A DNA stretch of 64,000 bases from Enoplolaimus lenunculus (Eukaryota), in the NCBI GenBank assembly GCA_030248215.1, contig JASANG010001276.1, forward strand, positions 310,001 through 374,000, given 5' to 3'. The translations under genes and the position numbers were made by a program. The notes under the pieces are model-generated. The model worked only from the letters and a program-made list of their open reading frames with translations. It was not told the DNA's origin and ran no database searches. This document shows, in pieces, positions 24,901-36,900 of this stretch. Within the stretch, counting starts at the first letter, position 1, and each line of letters starts with the position of its first letter.

Positions 24901-27900
24901 ATGCCAGCGATGGGCGCTCTCGGTCTCGGCATCTGTGTCGGTAAGTCTCGGGATTTCGTTGGTCTCGGTCTCGGTTTTTTCAGACTCGGTGGTTTACACA
25001 CCGAAATCAAAGACGTGAAAAAGCGATAAGCAATCACAAAAATTTTCCTTCGATCGCAGCTTTGGCCCGGAAATACTTGCGCATTTCGCCTACCAATGCA
25101 GACAATGACGGATTGTGAATTCAGCAATTTGAAAATCAGAATGACCCCTTCGGTTATCCAAAATTGAAATTTTTGAAAGGAAACCCAAAACGCTTTGATT
25201 TTATTGTGCCACAGCACAAATAGTTGCATTTTCGCATTTAAAACATTTAACGCATCGTTTAAAAAATTATGGGTCATCCGCATTTTATAACGTCACACAA
25301 GGTTAAAAACTTTCCCAGTCTATTCGGTTTGCAGGGGAGCAAAAACAACACTATAGCGTGTAATAAAATGAGAACGTCAGAAAATTTGATATCGTTGTCG
25401 CAAAGTAGCAAATATCTACAAAAAATGCTTTCGCACACGTATTTCGTTGATCCATCTTCAATTCCAAGTTTGAGTTACTAACAGTTTGTGAAACTAAATC
25501 AACTGCTAAACAGAACAAAAACAAAGTAGTAAAAGCACAAATCCATATCGCTCACCTGGAACGTCAATTTCACCAGGATCTGTCTCGGTTTCGACCACAG
25601 AAAAATCCGTATAATAATCACCAGTTGAATCGAATGTCAATCGACTCGGACGATGTATCGATTGGTATCTGAAAAATTCAAATAATTAAATGAACTAAAT
25701 TGATAAAGACACTACTTTACAGTATTTTTAAAAAAATTAAAAGTAACGTTTAACTTTGTCCTGGAGCTGGCCTGGTAATGGGCGGGCTACTTTTCTCGTT
25801 CTTCTTTAGACTACTTGACCGCTACACAAACGGTTTGAAGAGATGGCCGATCGCAAAAAAGTCCGCCACAGAGATGTACTCGCAAACTTGTTTTCACGTT
25901 TGGCGAGGCCTGACAACTAAGTATAACCCTAAACCTACATAATTCTAAAATGTAAGTTTAAGTCTAAGCATAAAATTCTCCAGTCCACTTGTCTCCCCGT
26001 GGACAGGCCATATACTTAACTTGGGCCGTTATGAACAAAATTATGTTAATTACATAATTAAGTAGTCTGAGAACTACAGTTGTCAACGCACAAAATTACA
26101 ATAAATCGTAGCAAGTCGTAACCAAATTGATAGCCATTACGCTTCCATTATTCCGGCATTTATCAAACTTTAAACGTCATATACCGTCCAAAAATTACCT
26201 TTCATCATACGACGTTCCCAACATCCGACGCAGTTCAGCAACTGGTTTAGGACCAGTGCCACAATATCGTCGGCCACGGACAGCTGGCGAAATCGTTTCC
26301 AACGACACCTGTTGCGGATAAACAGCTTCAAACCGATCATTACTTGAAACAATTGGCGTATTTGTCACACCATCGCGCAAACCAGAATCACTGTTGTCAT
26401 TATCATCAACGCTATGCGTTTCAGTACTCGTAATGCGATAGCTATCATCCGAACGTCCGTTTGAGCTGAGCGTTGTCATTTCCAATCCGTCGCAATAATA
26501 CTTAGGCGACAATGGATTATAGACGGCAACTAAGAGCAACAAAAGCAACACCGCAAACAAATATGTTGCGCATGCAGTCAAATGCGATACAACACATACA
26601 GTCATTACTGCAGCACAACGTAACGCGACAGTGTCGACACGACATAATAAATATGTACGATAAAGTGTGTTTTTGAGTTCGACGTCAAGTCCACCAATAC
26701 AGGCCATCTAATAATAACAATCGGCATTTAACAGCTTACCACAGTCGACGACCAATTGCGAACAATTGCAGTTTATGACCGTACGTGCCGCATTGATATT
26801 GAACTGATTGCTCGACGACTTACATATTATTCGATTATATATTATAACAATCATCGTATTATTCTAAATTTAAAAAGATTATACTATACTCGGCAAAAAG
26901 GGTTTGAGCAGCGTAATTATGCAAAAAAAAATTTTCAAAATTGAATCCTTTTTAAACAAACGCACTGACTGAAGGATAACCACTAAAACACCTCGGGATT
27001 GTAGGTAGCACAATATGTTATATATGTTTTGCCATCGTTCAAAACAAATGCTACAATTAGAGCAACAGCGATGGATCTAAGATTTGTTCGGGGTACGAAC
27101 GCGTTTAAAAAATATCGGGAACCCAACAGAAGCGAGCGATCAAGCAAAAAGAAGAGTCGTATAAGAATATAAGTAAAACTGCGAAAAAACCTTGGCAAGT
27201 GATGAGCCACCAGACGCAGCTGGTTTTGTATTGAATTCCAGATACAATATTTTCAAAAGTTTTTCGTGGGTCAGGCAGGCTGGCAGGCTGATCGATTCGT
27301 TAGATAGCATGGGTGCAACCAGAATTCTGATTCCGATTCAAAACGAGTTCCGATTCCGATTTCGATTGCACAATCAATCAGAATCAGAATTTTGAAATTT
27401 TAATTTTAATCACACCTTGTTATGATATGTTGCATAAAAATTCTGTATTATTTATCTGTTAAATTGTTTTCGATCAGTTAACTTATCAATCATTGATTGT
27501 AGTTTAGCTTTACAGAACCAAAAATCATCGCCAATTTGTTCACGCGACCTTTTGGAAAATTGTTGGACGCCAACAGATACCTATATCAACATTATATATT
27601 TGTCAATACAAAATTATTCGTACAGTTGCAAAATTATCAGTTCCGATTCCGATTACAATTCCGGTATAAATTTTCTGACACCCTGCTAGATAGATAGACA
27701 GATAGATAAGCGGTTGTATATGATATAACGCCAAAATAGGCGCTCGTGTAGGCAAAAGATTGCTTTGATTACCCAATCTAATACCGTATTAATGTGATTC
27801 TTTACCCGCGTAAAATTTCATAAAAAAACTTGAAGCCAAATAATGTACAATAGTGACCCGAATAAGAGGGGGGACTGAAATTTATTCGGACTCTAGAGTG

Positions 27901-30900
27901 TACCCCCTGTTATTCTATAATGAATTGATATTATTTTTAAACCGCCCTCCGCCGCCCTTCATTACTGATATATACCGTTATGCAACTACAAGTTGAGATA
28001 AACGTTTGTAAGCAGAATGAACTTTCAAAACTTAAGTATGCTTAAAGATTCGAACTCAGCTTTATTTGGTCCTGGAGTCATTCTGCACTACAATTAGGGA
28101 CAATTGACATTTATGGACTCTTATTAGGGTTTAGGGACTCTATTCGCTTACGGACTTTTATTAAGGATACGGAATCCTATTGATTGGGACTCAAATGACG
28201 ACCCCCTCGTATTCGGGTCACCACAGTAGAAAAACTTGAATTTTGAATCAGTTTCTACCGAACGAGTGAGAAATAAGTAGCGAGTAACATCAATGCACTG
28301 TAACATTACACAATTGTATTCAACGCAGCACAGAAAAAAATAAGGTCGGGTAATGGTAAAGGAATTTTGCATGGGCAAAGGCGGGTAACGAGTGAATAAA
28401 TGCACGGGATGATCCCCGTCTCAAATTCTGTACCACACCCGCGTTTATCCGCGGGTTGAGACCCACTCTGGCAATAATCCACATGACAAAACCTAAGTCA
28501 GGGGAGGGGAACTTGATTCAAATCAGGTCAGGGTCATATACGCGGGAACACAATATATTACAATATGTAGTAAAAAAATCTGGTCAGCGTAGCAAGAAAG
28601 AAGCAAAATGTTATTTTACTAATTTGTAATGTAAACCTTGCCATTTTTTTCATAAAATCCTTATTCGTGTGTTTTGGCTCGAAAACAAATTTTTCTAATC
28701 ACAAAATTTGAGAGCACCAAAATTTGCTGTGACACTGACCAAACCTAGGTATATATTCGAAAAGGAAATTTTATGGTATAGCGCATAGATTCCGATTACA
28801 ATTCCAAATCAAAACGCGTTCCGATTCCGATTGTACAATCAATTCAAATCGGGATTTTTAAATTTTAATTTTAAGCCTACTTGTTAAAATTCGTTGCATA
28901 AAAATTCTGTATATATCGTTGATTTTAAAAATAGCAAGATTTGACTGTGATTAAGCTTTACAGCACCAAAAATCATTGCCAATTTGTTCACGCGACGTTT
29001 ATTCAATATTGTTTCCACACCCAACAAACACACTAAATCAATAATTTATTTATTTATTGATGCGAATTATCCGTATAGTCACAAAATTGGTAGTTCTGAT
29101 GCCGGTATTAATTTGCTGTTCCGATTCCGATACAATTCAATTCCGCTTCGCACCCACGTATAGCTCTTATTATAAATGCGTGTTGAAACAACAAAAGTAA
29201 ATTATGCTATTTATAATATTCATCGTTTGCAAAACACTAAACCACTAAACAGCGCCGTATCATTTTCTGCCTTCCGCCGGAAAAAATATCAAACGGAGCG
29301 CTTATAACCTTCAGAGCCATAGCTCGAATAGTAATTCGGGTAGCTATAAAGTCCCAAAAAAATTTAGACTCTACGATCCAAAACGTTAGTCAAAATCTCA
29401 TCAACGGTGCATTTTTCTTGTCAGTCTGTGTTAAAGCTTCGAGCGGGGGGGGGGGGATATCAAACGCTGTTCCCCTTACATACGCCCTTGACAACCTTTA
29501 AAGCAATGTTCAGTCATAGCCAAATAATCCCCGTGTAATTATTTTTATTGTCCTCGAAAGCAATAAAACAGGATGAAAAATGACAAAACGACGTAACCTA
29601 AAAAAACCCCTCAAACCATACACATATTGACTTAAATATATGCTATAATACGATTGAAATTATGTATTATACAAATCTCCTAATTTTAAAATGTACAAAT
29701 CTGGTCTCTGTTTAGGTTAGGGTATACAGAAACCGATATCTTTCATAGTTCTTCATACAAGTGTATGCAGTTACAAACATAAAACTGGTTCACACACACA
29801 CACTGTTTGTTGCCAGCATTTTGTTGTTCAAGCATACCGTTGCAAAACTGAATTCGCTGGTTAACAGGGTGAAGCCGGACGTTCACAGCGCTGGCCAATG
29901 TTACTTTGAGCGGCGTAACAGTAGGTTAAGCGTATTCCTAAACCTAAGCCTTAGCGTTGCAAAAATGAGTTCGTAAGCCTAAGCAAAAAGAATGTAATCT
30001 AGACTCTAAACCTACTCTTTTATAACCCCAACCAGAAACCTGGACGCCCCTTAAAGTAACATGGGCCAAAGTACTTCAGCCGAAGATCGACAGACTTTTG
30101 GTGAAGTCAAAGGTGAACAAATCGGTCGGCGTTTAAACTGGACGAAAATGAAAATTAGTCAGCTGAAGATAAATATTGAAATTACCAATTTTTCTATAAA
30201 ATATTTTCAAATTTTTTTTACAATTTAATTTCGAAAGTTGGCCAGGGTCTTTTTCGTTATCCCCCCAGCCCGTGTTTACCCAAAAATCGTTGGATTTATA
30301 TATTTTTGTTGCATATTTGAGCTTCTTATAACTTCCCCTGATCATTCCACGCCTAAGTTTAAATTTTTGAAAAATTCGATTATTAAGGCACCGCGGTCCC
30401 CCATGGGATCCAAAAACTTGGGATTCAAAAACTTTTTTGTCAAAAAGTTTGACAAATTATATACCATTCGATGCAGCTTGCGGATCTGAGTCCAATGGGA
30501 TTAAATTTTTTGCTATCAGACGATTGGTTAACGAGTTATTGTCAAATAACTGATTTGGCGCGCTGCCAACGATTTGGGTCGGCGCCAAATCAATTACTTG
30601 ACTCCATATAATTCGTTCCTCCGGACCTTAAAAATCGAACTTTTCATAAATTCAAATTTAGGCGTGGAATAATCAAGGGACGTCAAGAGATACTCAAATA
30701 TGCAAAAAGTTTCCGAATCGAACCAATTTTTGGGCAAACGCGGGCTGGGGGGATAACGGAAAAAAAACACAGTTTAGAAACAAACTCCTGTGATCGACAC
30801 AACTTTTGCATTGATACGAAAATATTTCACTATCAACATTACGGAATCTCCGGCAAAAATTTTAACGAAGCTTAAAGTTTGGGTCGATTTTCATTAGGGA

Positions 30901-33900
30901 TATGCCGATTAACCGGCATCGGCACTGTAAAAAAATTGCCGATTCTTTGCCGATACTTTTTGCACATAACAGTCGGTTGCAATGCTATCAATTACATTTC
31001 TGGGCGCACAATAGTGTCTGCTTAGGAAAATTGTTCTCTCTCTTGCGTTTGCGTTTGAAAAAATTAATTGAAATTAACCGTTCTTATGAAATTATAATCG
31101 TTTATGGTGGTTAGCGTTTAAGCCTTCATATAATAACGTAATGTAGTATTCTATCTGCTTATTAAGCATGGTGTACTAGAAGTTGGAATCGGCATCGGCA
31201 TCGGTGTCGGCAAAAATTTTGGTATTGGCACATCCCTAATTTTGATCTACAGCTACATTTATGGCTATATTTTATGTTACTTTGCATCTGTTATATTGTT
31301 TATCCAGTAACCATAATTACTCTGAGCGAAATTTACTATCCTGAACCAAAACCTGCCTTAGAAGCGGTCCAATGATTAAGACAGAATGCTAAAACATTCG
31401 AAATCACATGTTTGTGTTCTTGTCAAACCGGCTGAATCAATTTTCAGAAACTTAGAACGTGCCGTTCAGGTCCTCAATCCATGATTCAATGGGCCAATGT
31501 TACTTTAAGGGGCGTAACAGTAGATTAAGCGTATTCCTAAGCCTAAGCCTAAGCGTTGCAAAAATGTGTTTCTAAGCCTAAGCCTAAGTAAAAATACAAT
31601 CTAGAACCTAAAACCTACTCTTTTACGAAAACCTTTACACCCCTTAAAGTAACATGGCCATTCAATGAATTTGGGTTCCGATATGTCAAAATTCGCATGT
31701 TTCTATTGTCCGTCTAAGATTCGGCTTGCTTAAAGTGGTACGTCAAACAACATTTGTCACTCTACAGTATTTTTGTCCACATGAAGCGATTTTTCGAAGT
31801 CAAGGTTTCGATTCTGCAAAATCACAACGGGTTTGAATTCGCTGAAATGTTGAATTCCGTACCACTGCGCTTACTTGTCAATTAAAAGTGAAAGAAATAT
31901 AAAACGTACAACAATGCTGGTTCAGAAGCTTAACATAAGTTCGAAGATTATTGAAACTTCAAACCAGGGCCCGTATTCTCAAATGAGTATAGCAACTATC
32001 ATCAGTTAATAATAGATTTTTAAACTCGCTCACTATTGCAGTTGTTGAGCTCAAACTTGGTACAGCAGTACAGCAAATCAAATGCGAATAATGTACGAAA
32101 TTTTCAGTCTCAGCATTTACTGGTTCGAAAGTTACAAGACCTATCACTAACTGGTAATAGATGCTACACACATTTGAGAATACGGGCCTGAAAATAATTC
32201 GAGGATACCAAGAGAAATTAATCTAACCTTACCTTCTCTACCTAACAGGTAAGAATGTAGATGTAGAAAAGATTGCTGGACTTCGATTGAAAATTACAAC
32301 AACATAGTTAAAATTGTGACATAACATTTGTAATTTATATCAAAACAAATATATAACGTTGCGGTTGAAAATACAAAAGGTCAGATGTGCAGTATTGCAT
32401 GCAGGTATTACAAACCGGTGATTATATCATTATTATCTGATCAACACGGTTTTATTAATATTACAATTAAACACTTACTATAACTTTTCGCTTTGAAGAA
32501 AAGAAACCTAACTCAATATTAATATTTCATTAGCCAATCCTCCGCAAAAGTTTCCATAGTTCAATTTGTCGTTTAAACGGCTGTTCGAATAAACTTTGCC
32601 CTCACTGATAATTTTTGTATTAACAAATATAATATTGATTTAAAGTGTTGTGTTGGCTGGTACCAGTTTTCAAAAACATCGCATGAACATATTAGCGATA
32701 AATTTTGGTTCTGTGAAGCTAAACTACAATCGATTATTGATAAGTTAACTCATCAAATTCAATTTAATAGATACAAAATCATACAGAATTTGGCCCATGT
32801 ATACTTTGCTTCCCTCCCAAAACGCCGTCCCAAGTAAAAAAATTGATAGGTTATATTTGAGGTGGGATTTTGGGATCTCGGGGTTTTGTGATTTCAATAA
32901 AATTTATCGCAAGCAATTCCTTGGGCTTAGGCTTAAGTTTAAGATTAAGTAGGTTTCAAATTAGAAGTTTATTCGTAAGATCTGGCGTAAGCAGGAATGT
33001 AGTGACTTAGGCTACGTTTCAGATTTAGGTTTAGACTTTAAGCTTAAGCATAGTTTTAGGCTTAGGCTGAGGTTTGGGAATTGTTTTAAACATAGACTGA
33101 ATCTAAAATGTACGTAGGGCTAAGACAGCAAACAGCATTCGCTAAGGCTTAGGCCGAGGCTTTATGAATAGGCTTTGGTTAAACATGGATTAGATCTTAA
33201 ATGACGCTTGGGCTTAATCTTAGGCTTAGGCTTATTCTTAGACTTAGGCTTTAGGAGCAGGCTTTGGTTTAAGCATAGATTAGATCTTTAATGACACAGG
33301 CTTTTGTTTACGCTTAGCCTTAGGCTTTAAAAATAGGCTTTGGTTTAAACATAGATTAGATCTTAAATGACCCTTGGTCTAAATCACAGGCTTATACTTA
33401 GACATAGGCTTAGGCTTACGCTTTGCCCTGGGTTTATTTTTAGGCTTAGGTTTAGGCTTGGGTTTAGGAGCATTCCATCTTCGACCGTATCTCGAAATCC
33501 CAATATACCAAAGTTTCGTCTTCGATTTCGGAATTCCGGTTGCACCCTGCTTAAAAACATTTGGAGCAAACGAATATTTTTAGACGTTCCTAGAAACTGA
33601 GAAATCGTTAACGATCTCACGGGCAATTGGTCACGGTCAATCTTAGCACCCCTGTGTATTTTGCTCGTATACAACGACAATTTCGTTTCTGACACTACTT
33701 TCATGTGATTTGTTACATATTCCGTAAGACAAACCCATCATAACTAATGACTTGTACTGCAATTAAATCGTTTCTCCAATGAATTTTTGCGATTTCATCA
33801 TCTGAGATCAAAATTTTTAACTCCAAATGTGGGTCGATATTAATATGCAGAAATTACTTCAGCTATGTTTAATTTTAAACTAGCCGAGCGGCTGGCTTGT

Positions 33901-36900
33901 CACGGTATTTCGCTTGCGAGATTTTTTAGATTTTTCACTTTTAACGTGTCACCCGTTAGAAACGCCACATCAGTCATTCATTTCAAGATTACTCCAAAGG
34001 CAAAATATTAATCATAAACTCGACATACAACGAGACAGCCAGGTTTGGCCTGGTTTGTTTGAAAGTATAAACAAACACTTGATGCGAAATTTGGTCGTGT
34101 CTCGTGTTCAAAATTTCGGCTCATGTATAGAACTGGGCCGGATCGTTTTCCGGAAAAGCTATAAATAGAGTCAGTTTAAGCTTTAAACTAATTTTTTGGC
34201 TTAGGCTTAGGAATAGGCTCATCCATACGCTTAGGCTTAGGCATAGGCTTAAGCATAGGAATAGGCTTATACTACTGTTCCGGCACTGTTCTATACATGG
34301 GCCAAACTCTCTAAACCCTACCGTTTTAATTGTTAACGCCAAATTCCTACTATTTGTTTTGACCCTGTAGGCTGCGTATAATATAATTAATAATCGTCTA
34401 CACACACAAAACCCATCTAATCACATTCTGTATTCTGTCGGCTGATGTTGGACCGCCAGACATTATTACATGAAACATAAGCAGCGTTGAGCAGTTTTTA
34501 ATTTAATAATTGCGTGCACCTTGTATACGCACTTAGAACTCACTTTCAAAACATTGCGTACCTGGTACCAAACCATTAAAATACCGTTACGACCCTTTAC
34601 AGTTTGAAACGACCGCAGACACCAATGAACGAATGTTTTCGTTGCTAAATGCAAACACCAGTCAACTTGAGTAAGCTTGACTTCTTGTGAAATAAATCCG
34701 AATTAGTGCTTCAATTTCGATCCGAATTAGTGCTTCAATTTCGATCCGAATTAGTGCTTCAATTTCGATCCGAATTAGTACTATCTGGTGTCAAAAAATG
34801 CTCTGATTGTAGTTTGTTTAGGGTTATTGCATATGACAGCTACCTGCCTCTGAACAAGGCGGGGGTTGACCAAAAACGCAACACCCAGTGGTACATTTAG
34901 TAGCATGTGTGACCACAAGACTTGCATACGCTTGTATCATGCACTCATAATGTTAATTACAGGGAGAGACATACAAAATGTGAACCTGCCAGCACGTCAA
35001 TCAACCACTCAGTGTCTCACCCTCTTAGTAGTCGACCTTCTATAATCCGCATCTGCCGAATCTTCCATGCTCTCAGTATTAGAAACATGATAACCAAATA
35101 AGTAAATATTTCAGCTTTGGAATAATATTCGACTACTGCAACTATTTTCGGTTGGAGTGTGGTACTTGTGAATGCAAAAGTAGTCCATGCTATCATAGTA
35201 CAACAAAACCTATGTAATATGTAATTTGTAGACCTAGATTTTCCACAACAACAAGGGCCTATGTTACTTTAAGGGGTGTCCAGGCTTCTGGTGGGTCCAT
35301 AAAAGAGTAGGTTTAGATTCTAGATTACATTTTTGCCTAGGCTTAGGCTTAGGCTAAAGCTTCGGAACTCGTTGTTGCAACGCTTAGGCTTAGGCTTAGG
35401 CTTAGGAATACGCTTAATCTACTGTTACGCTCTAAAGTAACATTGGCCACGACAAGTATTGACCGGAAAGACCTTTGCTTACTAAATTGTTTACAACGTC
35501 CAATCTGCCATTTCTTATGTCTACAACATCATATCAACACCATCAGACCCAACTCAGAAATCATCAAATAAAACACAAAATGCCTCTTAAAGAAACCGCG
35601 TAGAAATTAAACAAATACGTTCTCTTTCAGTGAATTCGGAATACGTTCAGACTAACATTAATCGCAATTACGATAGTACACACATACGAGAACCAAAGTA
35701 ATGACCGTAAATCACAGTTTTATTTTTAAGGCGAAATGAATTAATAAATCTATCACACACACACGTCCATTTCGCTAGCCATGTAATCCACATTTTGGAT
35801 GCTGAAAAAATATCTAAACCATCGCCGTAAGAATAACAATAAACGCTATCTATCGGAGCCACAGTACAGATTAATATTAACAGCAGTAAATATAAGCACT
35901 CACATAAATTACTCATTTCGACAGCTAATATCAAAATCATTAGGCGCTAGCTATTTCGCAAAAAAATTTACACAATACGGCTACTTCCGCATCCTACGCG
36001 ATACACAAGATCTTAACACTATCAGATATGCGGTATTGTGAAAGGGCATCAAGCCAAGATCCCGGCGTGCTTAGCGCTAACGTCTGAAATGTTCTTGCCT
36101 CGCCCATCCAGAGGGCCCTCGGCAAAAATTTCAAAATACGAAATTTTACCAGTAAACTTGTAATTTGTCTTTTAATACCAAAATTAGATGTGTGTTTTTT
36201 GCTCGCTATCGCTGGAGAGTATATATATTTACAATAGCATGAACAATTTCAACATTTATTACGTTTGGATGATTCCCCCGTCAACGTTGCGCAAGCCTGT
36301 CACACACTTAATAGAACGCCAATGATCCAAGCACAAACAAATTGTATAAAAAATTATTTCAAATCTGAAATCGTATTAATTAGCAGATTAGTTAATTATA
36401 CTCGTGGCAGCGATTCAACTGCATGATTTGACATCGAAAATCGATGTGCACATGAATAAATTACGACCTAATTCAATTGCACACACCGTACACCAGATTG
36501 AAAACGCAAACAGCCAGCCATGTACGTAGATCAAGACACACTTATTAAGTGCTGCTAAATAGCTATGTAATTTGCCGGTGACCATCACTTATTAATCCAC
36601 TGCACTGTTCACCCATACATTCTGGGGCAAAAAGTTCCATTTTACATATACTCACAACAGCAAAGGACACCTTATTTACAAGCATATTTTAGATTTACCA
36701 CCAAAAAAGCACCAACTATAATTCTCTTTGCTTACTCGAGCTCATCACATTTGGGTGGAATTCATGACTTGACTTGTTTAGATCGCACTCGCAGTGTGGT
36801 TAATGTAGTGCAGTGTCCTGAACATTTATTCCGCTAGTGGGCAACTTCGGTGACTGTAGCAAATTGAATACAAAACAATCATTTAAATATGTTGTAATGT

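Noticed and set aside
33367..33704. ORFs rich in LRLRL/LSLSL (also 13361, 34121, 40554)
   Set aside because: Translation artefacts of TTAGGC repeats.
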